NCBI GenBank assembly: GCA_965248265.1
Contig: CBDFJF010000002.1
Location: 1,856,001-1,920,000, forward strand
Reading direction: 5' to 3'
DNA length: 64,000 nt
Source: Candidatus Latescibacterota bacterium
Lineage (GTDB): Bacteria; Latescibacterota; UBA2968; UBA8231
This document shows positions 10,318-20,669 of the stretch, in pieces. The notes beneath the pieces were generated by a model. That model was given only the letters and a program-made list of their open reading frames with translations, did not search any database and was not told the origin of the DNA. The position numbers were made by a program, and so were the translations under genes. Numbering within the stretch: the first letter of the stretch is position 1; each line of letters begins with the position of its first letter.

Positions 10318-13300
10318 CGCACATGTCGCCATCGTCTTTTCAGCGCTGATCGTCTGGTGCCTCTCGCACGGCGTGGCGGCTGCTGAAACATCCATAGCGC
10401 TTCGCGCAACCGAGCTGGCCGGGGCCGACCGCGACGGCGAGATCGTCACTTCCGGCGTGCCGTTGAGCATGGGCATGCTCAACGACGTGTCGCAGAGCCG
10501 GCTGCTGGACGCGGAGGGTAATGGAGTGCCCTTCATCGGCACCGTGCTGGCGCGCTGGCCAGACGAGTCGGTGAAGTGGCTGCTCCTCGACTTTCGCGCC
10601 TCCGTTGCCGCGCGGCAAACGGCCCGTTTCACGCTGGATTGTGGTGGAGGATCGTCGAGGGCGAAGCTGAACGGACCGCTGGTGTCCGTCAGCGAAGGTG
10701 ACCGCTTCATAGAGGTCACCACCGGGCCGCTGCGCTTCCGCGTCAGCCGCCTCCCGCGCTACACCTTCCTGGACGGTGTATGGTTCGACGTCGACGGCGA
10801 CGGTGCCTTCTCAGCGGCCGAGTCCGTGGTGGCCGCCGGAGAGGGCGACAGCCGACTCGAGGTCGAGACCACGCCGCCTGGACCGCCGCAGGAGGAGAAC
10901 TGGCTTCTCGACGCAGCGGGTGGCCCCCGCGACAGGTACGAAGCCGTTGTCACCGAGGCGCGGGTGGAGTTCGCCAATCCCCTGCGCGCTGTGGTGTTGG
11001 TTCGGGGCCAGTACCGGGACGACGGCGGCGGCAGCATCGGTCCGTTCTGGACGCGATACACGGCGTGGGCCGGCGCTACAACCATCGGCGTCGAGCACTT
11101 CTTCGCCTTCGACGCCGATGTGGAAGAGGCGTTCCTCCGATCGCTGTCGCTGGGGCTGAGGTTTGCCGGCGACGGGCCGCTGCGGGCGACGTTCGGACTC
11201 GGGGAAGGCGAGAGCGCTGCGCCCGATACAACCCTCGCTGAGACAGCGCTGGTCGAGGTGATGCCGGATCGGTTTTACCACCTCGTGCCGTTGAGCGTCG
11301 ACCGACGGGTGCGATACCAGGTAGTCGGCAAGCGCGCTGACGGCGATGATCAGGTGCTGAAGGAAGGCGTAGAGGCAGCCGGCTGGGTTCGGCTAGAAGG
11401 CGACCGGGCGACGACGACGATCGCCTTGCGTGACTTTCCGCGGCTGCACCCCAAAGAGATCCGAGTCGAGCCGGGCGAGAAGTCGTTGCGCTACTTCCTG
11501 TGGCCGGAACGCGGCGACAAGGTCCTGGATCTGCGCCGTCGCTACCAGGGACAGCGGGTAGAGGACCACTACGACACCGGCGAATATGACCCCGCTGGCC
11601 GCGGCTTCGGCAAGACCCATCAACTGCTGATCGACTTCAGTGTCAATACGATGAGTGACGCCGCTGCGAGCGCAGATGCTGCGGCCGCTGCATTGGCCCG
11701 TCGCGCCGACGAGCCGTTGCGTGCGTTCTGCACCCCCGAGCACTACGCCTCGTGCGATGTTTGGAACCGGTTCCACACCGTCGACACAGATCGTTTCCCC
11801 CAGACCGAGGCGATGATCCGCCTGGGAATCGAATGGGCCCTGCGTCTGCCGCGGACCTTCCACTGGGACGGCATCGTCGACTGGGGCGACACCTTCTTCC
11901 AGGGGTACGAAGGGGCCCCGCACGGCCAGGTCGCCGACGTGCCTAAGACGAGTTGGGTCTCGCGTGGGTACGACGGCTGGTTCAACAACGACTGCAACGT
12001 GGCCCACGACCTCATGATCCTGTTCCTGCGCTCGGCCGATGACCGGCTCTTCCAGTACTGGGAGCGGATGGTCCAGCACGTCATGGACGTCGACACGATC
12101 CACGCCGCCCAGGACTCGACCGAGGTCGGGGGCGGCCGGCGTCACGACCAGCAGCACTGGGGCGCATCGTACACGGGCTACGGCACGGCCGCCGTCGAAG
12201 CAGGAGAGCTCTACTACCTCACCGGCAGCCTCTGGGCGAGGGAGATGCTCATCAAGTATGCCGACTGGTACATGGTGGGCGGCGGCGCGGAATGGGAGAC
12301 CCGCCTGCCCTGTCTGGTCCTGGCCTGGGAGGCTACCGGCGACGAACGATACATGCGCTACATCGAGCGTCCGGAGATGCGGGACGACGTCTACGGACTG
12401 GCGATGGGTATGCACGGCGGCATCGACGACCCACACTTTCGCACCAATGGCGTCGAAGTCGGAGTCGACTTCCTGTATCGGGCCACCGGCGACGCCCAGT
12501 GGCTGGACCATCTGACCACAGCGGCGCACCGTATGATCGAAGGCAACCCGGGCAACAAGTACGGCCGGTCGCTCGTGGCGAAAGCGTACCTGGCTACCAG
12601 CGACCCGGAAGTTCTCGACTGGCTGCGGCGACTGCTGGTAGTAGCCGATCCGTACGGGCGTGTGGGGCTGGCGGAGTTCTTCCAGCAGAATCGGATCCCT
12701 GACGACCTCAGCGGTCTCCCATTCGGCGAGCTTTCCGAGCTGTTCAAGACTTCCGCGATGGAGGGCGTGCGCAAATTCATCTACACCTACCGGTACTTTC
12801 CCTACGTGATGGCGGCACTGACAGAGGCGGGGCTGGACGAGGGCCAGATGGAGCTGATCGACTTCACCCTCGACCGGCGCGGCATGGGACAGTACCACCT
12901 GCGCGGGGCCGATGTGATAACCCCGGCTGACGCGCGCTACGAGTCGGTGCCAATCGTCACCGTGGCGAACACCGATCCATTAGCGGACCCATTCAGTCTA
13001 TATGCACAGTGGCAGCGGCATCCCCTCCAGCCGGGCGAAATCGGCTTCGATTTCGGCGAGCGGCAGGTCAGTATCGATGCGGGAGAGACTGAGCCTGGCT
13101 ACCTGCCTGTGCGCACAGCCACGGCGTATCCGTACAAGGCCCCGATCCCGCGCGCCGCGGAGCATGATGGTACGAATCTCATCGGCCTTCCCTTTGGCAC
13201 GACCTGGCACATCAACAGCGTGCCCTTCGACTTGCCGGACCCGGCGTCGGTCACGGACGGGCACACGATGCTCGTAGTCGGCAAAGGCGAGCGAGTGGTC

Positions 13301-14527
13301 ATTCCCATCGGCCGGACCGTGCGCAAGCTCTACGTGCTCGGACACGTGGTGCGGGCCCGCTCGAGCTGGAAGGAAACGGGTGCGCACTACCACCTCAACT
13401 ACGCCGACGGCACTACACGACGCATCGACCTGGACAACCTGACGGACTACGAAAACGTGTTCCAGTGGGGGTTCGCCTCGCGCAGTTTGTTCGCCCGCAA
13501 CTGGAAGGTGCAGGGCGGCTGGGACGGCGGCGCGCCGATCCTGAACAACTACCCGATCCAATGTGAGGCGAAACCGCTCGATGAGCTCGTCATTGAGGAC
13601 GCCGGACAGGGCATCGGCTTCATGATCCTGGCGGTCACGGCCGAGGTCGAAGGTGCCGTGCCGGAAGAGCACGTAATCGACCTGTCTTTCGCCGAACCGG
13701 GTGCGTCGAGGAATCTGTGGCGCGAAGGATCAGTTTCCGGCTGGCTCAACGTTGAGGGGGAACTTACAGAAAGTAGCGGCGTGTTGTCTGACGGCACGGC
13801 GACGTACAGGACCATGCTGGACGATGGCCAGTACGACGCAGAACTGGAATTGTCCGGCGTCGGCTGGGGTGGACCCTTCAACGTCCGCGCAAATGGACGC
13901 ATGGTCACTCGTGGTTACGTGGCCAGTAGCGGAGGCGTTCCCGGCGTCACCAGCCGTCCCGAGCGCATCCGCTTCCCGGTGACCGTTTCCGGAGGCAAGC
14001 TGGACCTCACGCTGGAAGCCGACCGCACCGTTGGCAACTGGTGGCATCCCAAGCGGCTGAGCGGGGGCGCATGGCAGCTGACGCACATGCGTGTGTTTGC
14101 TTCGCAGGAGCGGGTGCCAGCGGCACGAGAGGAGATCATCCATGGGTGGCTCGAGCCGGACCTGACCGTGATGCCGCTGCCACCGGACGAGGTCGGTCGC
14201 CTCCCGGACGCACGCCTGCGCACCTGTATCCGCAGCAAAGATCCCTCTGGTACCTTCCGTGCCGACTTCCCGCCGGGCGACTACGAAGTCGAGCTGACCT
14301 TCGCCCTCCGCGGCGCCGGGACGCGTGAAGGGCCGGTGAAGATGGACGTGACACTGCAGGGCAAGCGTGTTCTCACGGATTTCGACGGCGGCGCATACGA
14401 CAGGCCGGTTGTGCAGACCTACCCTGTGCGCATTGAACCCGACGGTCACCTGGAGGTCAAGCTCGAGAGCGCGAGTGGTGACAACGAATGGGGGATCAGC
14501 GCGTTGGTCGTGCGGCCGATCAGCTGA
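10181..14527 (+). CDS. Large secreted YetA/exo-rhamnogalacturonan lyase-like protein with C-terminal malectin/CBM-like domains
   Basis: Signal-like IAHVAIVFSALIVWCLSHGVAAA; VTSGVPL...RWPDESVKWLLLDF N-terminal domain; GIVDWGD and HVMDVDTIH core; malectin-like G.YEVELTF modules. The start is uncertain and probably near 10300. Confidence 0.65.
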   Translation: MGPSPAVSAPTRLPARAVVLQEWACRRLRRRNRPDGRGRRTVILTIAHVAIVFSALIVWCLSHGVAAAETSIALRATELAGADRDGEIVTSGVPLSMGMLNDVSQSRLLDAEGNGVPFIGTVLARWPDESVKWLLLDFRASVAARQTARFTLDCGGGSSRAKLNGPLVSVSEGDRFIEVTTGPLRFRVSRLPRYTFLDGVWFDVDGDGAFSAAESVVAAGEGDSRLEVETTPPGPPQEENWLLDAAGGPRDRYEAVVTEARVEFANPLRAVVLVRGQYRDDGGGSIGPFWTRYTAWAGATTIGVEHFFAFDADVEEAFLRSLSLGLRFAGDGPLRATFGLGEGESAAPDTTLAETALVEVMPDRFYHLVPLSVDRRVRYQVVGKRADGDDQVLKEGVEAAGWVRLEGDRATTTIALRDFPRLHPKEIRVEPGEKSLRYFLWPERGDKVLDLRRRYQGQRVEDHYDTGEYDPAGRGFGKTHQLLIDFSVNTMSDAAASADAAAAALARRADEPLRAFCTPEHYASCDVWNRFHTVDTDRFPQTEAMIRLGIEWALRLPRTFHWDGIVDWGDTFFQGYEGAPHGQVADVPKTSWVSRGYDGWFNNDCNVAHDLMILFLRSADDRLFQYWERMVQHVMDVDTIHAAQDSTEVGGGRRHDQQHWGASYTGYGTAAVEAGELYYLTGSLWAREMLIKYADWYMVGGGAEWETRLPCLVLAWEATGDERYMRYIERPEMRDDVYGLAMGMHGGIDDPHFRTNGVEVGVDFLYRATGDAQWLDHLTTAAHRMIEGNPGNKYGRSLVAKAYLATSDPEVLDWLRRLLVVADPYGRVGLAEFFQQNRIPDDLSGLPFGELSELFKTSAMEGVRKFIYTYRYFPYVMAALTEAGLDEGQMELIDFTLDRRGMGQYHLRGADVITPADARYESVPIVTVANTDPLADPFSLYAQWQRHPLQPGEIGFDFGERQVSIDAGETEPGYLPVRTATAYPYKAPIPRAAEHDGTNLIGLPFGTTWHINSVPFDLPDPASVTDGHTMLVVGKGERVVIPIGRTVRKLYVLGHVVRARSSWKETGAHYHLNYADGTTRRIDLDNLTDYENVFQWGFASRSLFARNWKVQGGWDGGAPILNNYPIQCEAKPLDELVIEDAGQGIGFMILAVTAEVEGAVPEEHVIDLSFAEPGASRNLWREGSVSGWLNVEGELTESSGVLSDGTATYRTMLDDGQYDAELELSGVGWGGPFNVRANGRMVTRGYVASSGGVPGVTSRPERIRFPVTVSGGKLDLTLEADRTVGNWWHPKRLSGGAWQLTHMRVFASQERVPAAREEIIHGWLEPDLTVMPLPPDEVGRLPDARLRTCIRSKDPSGTFRADFPPGDYEVELTFALRGAGTREGPVKMDVTLQGKRVLTDFDGGAYDRPVVQTYPVRIEPDGHLEVKLESASGDNEWGISALVVRPIS

Positions 14528-15533
14528 CGGCAGCAATCCACTCTTGAAAGCTGTCGTCGTCGACGTTGCGCCCACTGACGACGATGACGACATCGCCCTC
14601 CCCATCCTTCACGTCCACCGCTCCGGTCAGGGCGGCCGCCACCGCGATGGCCCCTGACGGCTCGGTGCGCAGGCCGTGCTGCTGGTACAGCCAGCGCATG
14701 GCCGCCTGCGTATCCGTATCGGGCACAGACACCGCCGACGGCACGAGTTCGCGCAGGATCGGCCAGTTGTGCTCACCGACGTCATACGAGAGCAGCCCGT
14801 CGCAGATACTCTCTGGCTTTTCGATCGAGATTCGCTCGGCCGCCGCCAGTGATTGGCAGTAGTCGTCGGCGCCCGCGGGTTCGACGCCGACGATCGCGGC
14901 CTGTGGAAATCCGTCGGCGATGGCGAGCGCGTGACCGGCCATCAGCCCGCCGCCGCTGACTTGACAGATGAACTGCGAAACATCTCGATCCTGGCGGCGC
15001 AGCTCTTCGACAATCTCGAGACCGCCGACACCGTTGCCGGCGATCACGTGATCGTCATCATAAGGCGAGGCCTGGACCGCGCTCTCTTCCTCGGCAATCT
15101 CCCGCGTCAGTTTATCCCGTTGACCGGTCAGATGATCGGTAGCGATGTCGAAGGTGCGGATCTCGGCGCCGAACGACCGCGTGCGTTCGAACTTCACTCT
15201 GGGAGCGGTGTCCGGCATGACGATGATGACCCGCTTGCCGTAGCGCATGCCGGCGAAAGCGATCCCCGAGGCGAAGTTGCCCGACGAGTGCGCGGCGACC
15301 GGCTTGTCGCCGATCCGTTCGAGGTTGTTCGCCATCCAGTTAAGCGCGCCGAGAAGCTTGAACGAGCCAACGGGCGTCCAGCCGTAGTCCTTCAGCCACA
15401 CCTGGCGACCTTCTCCGAGTTCCAGCTCTCGCTCCAGGGCGTAGGAGCGCACGAGCGGAGCGGGAGACACGTGCCGGCGTATGACTTCCTGCGCTGTGCG
15501 GACGTCGTCGATGGTGGCTATGCGAATGGACAT
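14520..15533 (-). CDS. PLP-dependent threonine/serine dehydratase family protein
   Basis: TPVGSFK (PLP Lys), HSSGNFA, VSGGGLM, EPSGA, SGRNVD. Confidence 0.88.
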   Translation of the reverse strand: MSIRIATIDDVRTAQEVIRRHVSPAPLVRSYALERELELGEGRQVWLKDYGWTPVGSFKLLGALNWMANNLERIGDKPVAAHSSGNFASGIAFAGMRYGKRVIIVMPDTAPRVKFERTRSFGAEIRTFDIATDHLTGQRDKLTREIAEEESAVQASPYDDDHVIAGNGVGGLEIVEELRRQDRDVSQFICQVSGGGLMAGHALAIADGFPQAAIVGVEPAGADDYCQSLAAAERISIEKPESICDGLLSYDVGEHNWPILRELVPSAVSVPDTDTQAAMRWLYQQHGLRTEPSGAIAVAAALTGAVDVKDGEGDVVIVVSGRNVDDDSFQEWIAAVS

Positions 15534-15560
15534 GATCGTGGCTCCACTGGAGGTCAGACT

Positions 15561-16988
15561 TCAGAACGTGTCCTTGGGATTGGTCAGCGGGCACCACCGA
15601 GCCTCGAACAGCGAGTCGAGCAGCGCCTGAAGGGCTCTCGGTGATCCGATCTTTCGCAACGCCAATCCACCGTAGAAGCGGTTGTAGCGGTTCTCGTCAG
15701 ACAACAGCGGCAGGATGTCGCGGACCGCTGAGTCAGCCTCAGGGCCAATCTTCGCCAGCGTCAGCGCGGCGTTGCGACGCACCCGATAGTCACTGTCGCC
15801 AACCGCTTCGCTCATCGCCGTGACGAGATCGCCGCCGTACACGCCGATCATGCCGAGCCCCTCGGCCGCGTTGCGCCGGACCCACCAGTGCTCGTCACGC
15901 ACAGCACACATCAACGCCGGGACGGCCTCCTCGGCCTCTGGCCCCATGCGGGCCAGGGCACCGGCGGAGACAGCGCGCACCCACCAGTGTTCATCGCGCA
16001 TCCCGTCTGTCAGGGCCGGAATCGCAGCCGACCCCACCGCCGTCAACGCCGTGGCCGCCGGCCCGGGAGTCGGGTTCGTTCCGTGGGCGTTGTCCGGGGT
16101 TTTGGCGGTGGTCTCCTCGATCGCAGCCAGTGTCTGTGCGCGCATCGCTGCAACCAGCTCGTGAACCGCAGGCGCGCCAGTGGCGGCCAACTGGTAAGCT
16201 TCTTCGAGCCGAGCAGCCTCGGAATCGCCGTTTGCTGCGCTCGCAGCCGCAACGCCCTCGGCTCCATCACGCCGGCTCCTCCCACGAAGCCAATCCCAGA
16301 TATCGCGGGACACTTCCGGATTGGGGGTGTCTATCCAAGGCGCCCAGGCGGTGCTCCGGTGGTCCCACGCGGGCGCGATCGGCTCCCGCATGCGCGCGAA
16401 CTGGAACTTGAGCATGTAGCGATTGCGGTCACTGACATTCTGAATCGCCCTGTGCCACGAGTCGAAATGAATGAGGGCCACGGTGCCGGCGGGGCCACAG
16501 ATGCCAGCCTCTTCCTCGCGTGTTTGAGTGGGATCCGGATCGCTGATCGTGCGGTAGAACTGCGTCCGCGGCAGCACTCCGGACGGCCCCATGTCGGGGG
16601 TGGTGTCCTGGGGGTAGTAGAAGGCCAGGAGCCAGTAGAAACGCGGATGCCGCAGGTTGTGGTCGTAAACGTAACAGTCCTTGTGCCACTTCTGGCCTTT
16701 GCTGCCGGGCAGGTTGAGGTGACAGTGTCGATGCGGATTCAAGTTGTAGCCCGGTCCCAACAGGCTGGTCAGGGCGCCAGCCACAGCAGGGTGCTCGAAC
16801 ACCCGCCCGAGGTCGGGAATACGCGGCAGGATGTTGTTGCCGGGGTTGCCTTCGTCCTCGAACACTTCGTCGATCTGTCGGCAGACACCTTCGTGGAAGG
16901 AGGGCCGGTAGTCGGCGCGAACGGTCAGGTACCCGTTTGCGATGAATTGCTGTACCTGCTCGTCCGTTAACAGTTTCAACTGGCTCAA
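15561..16988 (-). CDS. PhyH-family dioxygenase fused to HEAT/PBS repeats
   Basis: FIANGYL, WHKD, WHRA; C-terminal repeats DEHWWVRAVSAGAL, DEHWWVRRNAAEGL, DSDYRVRRNAALTL; TTG start with GGAGG SD. Confidence 0.85.
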   Translation of the reverse strand: MSQLKLLTDEQVQQFIANGYLTVRADYRPSFHEGVCRQIDEVFEDEGNPGNNILPRIPDLGRVFEHPAVAGALTSLLGPGYNLNPHRHCHLNLPGSKGQKWHKDCYVYDHNLRHPRFYWLLAFYYPQDTTPDMGPSGVLPRTQFYRTISDPDPTQTREEEAGICGPAGTVALIHFDSWHRAIQNVSDRNRYMLKFQFARMREPIAPAWDHRSTAWAPWIDTPNPEVSRDIWDWLRGRSRRDGAEGVAAASAANGDSEAARLEEAYQLAATGAPAVHELVAAMRAQTLAAIEETTAKTPDNAHGTNPTPGPAATALTAVGSAAIPALTDGMRDEHWWVRAVSAGALARMGPEAEEAVPALMCAVRDEHWWVRRNAAEGLGMIGVYGGDLVTAMSEAVGDSDYRVRRNAALTLAKIGPEADSAVRDILPLLSDENRYNRFYGGLALRKIGSPRALQALLDSLFEARWCPLTNPKDTF

Positions 16989-17021
16989 GGTGCACCTCCG
17001 GAGTAGGCCGCCGCTCGCCGC

Positions 17022-17089
17022 CTACATGTTACTGAGAAACCGCCCCCGTTCGCCAATCAGTGAAAAGACCATCCCCCACACCCCGTTCA
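17022..17089 (-). pseudogene. 3' tail remnant of a DUF6784-type gene
   Basis: Encodes NGVWGMVFSLIGERGRFLSNM*, near-identical to 19140-19207. Confidence 0.7.
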
Positions 17090-17147
17090 ATCAACAAACT
17101 CCAAGCCAAACTGACAAGGCGAGCGTCGGCCTGTCCGAAATCACCAC

Positions 17148-17232
17148 TTGACTGACTACCGATAACCTGTTTTATAATCACTATCCACTAGCCGTTCGCA
17201 GCACCTCTCGCCGTATTCGGTACAATAGCGCC
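17148..17232 (+). promoter_or_regulatory. Candidate sigma70 promoter(s) for the sulfatase
   Basis: TTGACT(17148)-N19-TATAAT(17173); also TACAAT 6 nt before the ATG with no SD, so possibly a leaderless mRNA. Confidence 0.3.
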
Positions 17233-18819
17233 ATGCCAAGTCCGCGCGGTTCGCGCCCCAACATCGTTTTGATCATGGCCGACGACCTGGGCTACTCCGA
17301 CATCGGTTGTTTCGGCGGTGAGATCCAGACGCCGAACCTGGATCGGCTCGCGGCCGGGGGCGTCCGGTTCACCAACTTCTACAACAACGCCGTGTGCGTG
17401 CCGACGCGGGCATCGCTGCTGACCGGTCTCTATCCGCACCAGGTGCTCTCCGGGCAGGGGGGCAAGCTCCTCACTAGCAACAACGTCACCATCGCCGAGC
17501 TGCTGCGCGATGCCGGATATCGAACGCTGATGGCCGGCAAATGGCACAACGGGTACTGGCCGGACGCGACGCCGGTGGCCCGCGGCTTCGACCGCTACTG
17601 GGGACTGCTGTCCGGGTGCAGCAACTACTTCAATCCCGGTGAGCAGCGGCCGGGCGAACCGGCGCCAGCGCACAAGTTCCCCGACGACATGCGTCGTTGG
17701 GGCGATCAGGATCGGGTGATGTTTCCCTACACTCCCGAGGAGCGCGATTTCTACACCACCGACGTGTTCAGCGACAAAGCCATCGCCTTCCTCGATGAGG
17801 ACGGCGCCAGCGAGCAGCCGTTTTTTCTGTATCTGGCCGAATGCGCGCCGCACTCCCCGCTGCATGCATGGCCCGAGGACATAACACGGGTTGGCGACCG
17901 CTACCGCATCGGGTGGGACGAGTCGCGCCGCCGGCGCGCTGCGCGCCTGCAGGAGGAGGAACTGGTCGAGTCGCGCTGGGGTGTCTCACCGCGGGACGAT
18001 CGCGCTCCAGCGTGGGACGACGAGCCGGATCAGGCGGGGCGAGCCCACGCCATGGCCGTGTATGCAGCGATGGTGGAGCGCATGGACTTCGCCATCGGGC
18101 GGGTCTTGGACAAGATCCGCGCGCTCGGCAAAGAGCAGGATACGCTGGTGCTGTTCCTGTCCGACAACGGCGCCGCTGCACAGGCCATTCACAACACGCC
18201 CGACGTACCGCCCGGCCCGGTCGACTCCTATCACACCATCGATGCGCCGTGGGCCAACGCCAGCAACACGCCGTTCCGGCTGTATAAAATGTTCGACCAC
18301 GAGGGCGGCATCTCGACGCCCCTGATCGCCAGTTGGCCACGGATGATAGCCCAGGGTGGAGCGATCGACCGCACAGTCGGGCATGTGCTCGACTTCTTAC
18401 CGACCTTCGCCGAGCTGGCCGGCGTCGACGTGCCTGCCGAGTTCGACGGCCATCCGGTGCTCGCTCCCGAGGGTCGGAGCCTGGCGACGCAGCTCACCGG
18501 CCAGCGCCCATCAATCGAGCTGGCCGATGAAGATCGCATCCTGTGCTTCGAATTCAGCGGCTGCCGGGCCATTCGCCACGGGGGCTGGAAGCTGGTGAGC
18601 CAGGGCGCACCGCGCCAGCACGCAGGGATGACGATCGATGTCGCCGCCGACCGCTGGGAGCTCTACGACATCCACGCCCGCTGCGAAGGTACGGATCTCG
18701 GTGACCGCCACCCGGACATCGCCTCCCGTCTCGAAGGTGATTGGCAAGACTGGCTGCGACGATGCGCCGCTGATGCCGCCGCCGCCGGCGCCGTCACGGC
18801 CGCTCGCGGCAACCGCTGA
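17233..18819 (+). CDS. Arylsulfatase (Cys-type sulfatase)
   Basis: RPNIVLIMADDLGYSD, CVPTRASLLTG (CxPxR), GKWH, APHSPLH, SDNG, EGGISTPLI. Confidence 0.93.
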   Translation: MPSPRGSRPNIVLIMADDLGYSDIGCFGGEIQTPNLDRLAAGGVRFTNFYNNAVCVPTRASLLTGLYPHQVLSGQGGKLLTSNNVTIAELLRDAGYRTLMAGKWHNGYWPDATPVARGFDRYWGLLSGCSNYFNPGEQRPGEPAPAHKFPDDMRRWGDQDRVMFPYTPEERDFYTTDVFSDKAIAFLDEDGASEQPFFLYLAECAPHSPLHAWPEDITRVGDRYRIGWDESRRRRAARLQEEELVESRWGVSPRDDRAPAWDDEPDQAGRAHAMAVYAAMVERMDFAIGRVLDKIRALGKEQDTLVLFLSDNGAAAQAIHNTPDVPPGPVDSYHTIDAPWANASNTPFRLYKMFDHEGGISTPLIASWPRMIAQGGAIDRTVGHVLDFLPTFAELAGVDVPAEFDGHPVLAPEGRSLATQLTGQRPSIELADEDRILCFEFSGCRAIRHGGWKLVSQGAPRQHAGMTIDVAADRWELYDIHARCEGTDLGDRHPDIASRLEGDWQDWLRRCAADAAAAGAVTAARGNR

Positions 18820-18871
18820 AGTCGGTGTCTAAGGCCGCGTCATTGGTAGTCTAGTTCGGCTGAGAGATGGC

Positions 18872-19106
18872 GTCGTAGACGTAACAGTCCTTGTGCCACT
18901 TCTGGCCTTTGCTGCCGGGCAGGTTGAGGTGACAGTGTCGATGCGGAGGTCAGGGCGCCAGCCACAGCAGGGTCCTCGAACACCTCGTCGATCTGTCGGC
19001 GGACACCTTCGTGGAAGGAGGGCCGGTAGTCGGCGCGAACGGTCAGGTACCCGTTTGCGATGAATTGCTGTACCTGCTCGTCCGTTAACAGTTTCAACTG
19101 GCTCAA
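18872..19106 (-). pseudogene. Deleted, truncated copy of the PhyH-HEAT 5' end
   Basis: Near-identical to 16662-16988 but with a 63-bp deletion (between ctcgaacac microhomologies) and a 29-bp deletion, then truncated. Confidence 0.88.
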
Positions 19107-19357
19107 GGTGCACCTCCGGAGTAGGCCGCCGCTCGCCGCCTACATGTTACTGAGAATCCGCCCCCGCTCGCCAATCAGTGAGAAGATAATCCCCCATACC
19201 CCGTTCACGGTGACCTCCCCGAGGATGAGGCCGAGAAAGAACGGCTTGAGGTTCTGATACAGTCGGGCGCCGCCGTAGTGCATGATGGTGAGCTTGATGA
19301 CCCAGGCCACGAGGCAGGTGAACCAGATGTGGCCGGTTAGCCAGCCGACGCTGAGGG

Positions 19358-20669
19358 TACAAACCGGGTAGATTGGTAACACATCTGACCGGGTTGATGG
19401 GTGACACTCCTTCTACTTTTTGACCAACCCCAATTGGGAGGTTGGTCGATGCCCTGGATGGAGACAGCACCCATGGAACAACGTAAGCGATTTATCGCCG
19501 ACGATCAGCGCGGGCACTACTCGAGAGCGGAGCTGTGCGAGCGATACGGGATCAGCCGCAAAACCGGATACAAGTGGCTTCAGCGGCACGCCGAAGAGGG
19601 GGTGCCCGGGTTACAGGACCGCAGTCACGCGCCCCACACCTGTCCGCATCGCATGGCGCCAGAGATTGCCGAGCTCATTCTCGGAGCGCGCACACGGCAC
19701 CCCGATTGGGGACCGAACAAACTGTTGGACTGGCTGGCGCCTCGACATCCGCACATCTGCTCCTGGCCGGCGGTCAGTACGGCAGGCGATCTGCTGGTGC
19801 GCGAAGGCCTGGTGAAGAAGCGACGACGACGACGCCCACGTCAGCACCCCGGAGCCGTGCCGCCGACCACCGACAACCCCAACGATCTGTGGACGGCCGA
19901 CTTCAAAGGCCAATTTCCTACCAAGAACGGAGTTTGGTGTTTCCCTCTCACCATCAGCGATCAGCACACTCGCTATCTCCTGACCTGCCGCGCCCTGCCC
20001 GACATCAAGACCTTGCATGCGCGTCCGGTCTTCGAGAGAGCCTTCCGCGAATTCGGCCTGCCTCAGGCCATTCGCACCGACAACGGCGTTCCCTTTGCTT
20101 CCAGAGGATTGCATGGGCTATGCCGACTCAACGTTTGGTGGATGAGGCTCGGCATCGTGCACCAGCGGATCCGCCCGGCATCGCCGCAGGAAAATGGCGC
20201 CCACGAACGCATGCATCGCACCTTGAAGGCCGCTACCTGTCGGCCACCCGCCGCCAACAAGGCCGCCCAGCAGCGATCCTTCCAGCGCTTCCGACAGCTC
20301 TACAACGACGAGCGTCCCCATGACGCCCTCAACGGCAAGACTCCTGGCTCCCGGTACCACCCATCACCCCGGCCCTATCCCGGCCGCATGCCGACCATTG
20401 AGTACCCCGGTCACTTCGTCATCAAGCACGTCACCCGAGCCGGGACCATACGCCTCGGCCACAAGCTCATCTTCATCGCTCAGTCTCTCAAGCATCTCGA
20501 CATCGGTCTCGAGGAGATCGACGACGGCGTCTGGGCCATCTACTTCAACACCGTCCTCCTAGCCACCGTCGACGAGAGGGACATGATCGTACGGGAGTGA
20601 ATTCAATCAAAACAATAGTGTCACCCATCAACCCGGTTTAGACTGTTACCTATCAGCCCGGTTGCTGCA
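19358..20669 (+). mobile_element. IS481-family insertion sequence, ~1312 bp
   Basis: ~50-bp imperfect terminal IRs (ggtaac...accgggttgatgggtgacac / gtgtcacccatcaacccggt...gttacc); 5-bp TSD GAGGG at 19353-19357 and 20670-20674. Confidence 0.9.
19449..20600 (+). CDS. IS481-family DDE transposase
   Basis: MPW start, HTH (ELCERYGISRKTGYKW), WTADFKG, IRTDNGVPF, PQENGAHERMHRTLK, YNDERPH. Confidence 0.93.
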   Translation: MPWMETAPMEQRKRFIADDQRGHYSRAELCERYGISRKTGYKWLQRHAEEGVPGLQDRSHAPHTCPHRMAPEIAELILGARTRHPDWGPNKLLDWLAPRHPHICSWPAVSTAGDLLVREGLVKKRRRRRPRQHPGAVPPTTDNPNDLWTADFKGQFPTKNGVWCFPLTISDQHTRYLLTCRALPDIKTLHARPVFERAFREFGLPQAIRTDNGVPFASRGLHGLCRLNVWWMRLGIVHQRIRPASPQENGAHERMHRTLKAATCRPPAANKAAQQRSFQRFRQLYNDERPHDALNGKTPGSRYHPSPRPYPGRMPTIEYPGHFVIKHVTRAGTIRLGHKLIFIAQSLKHLDIGLEEIDDGVWAIYFNTVLLATVDERDMIVRE

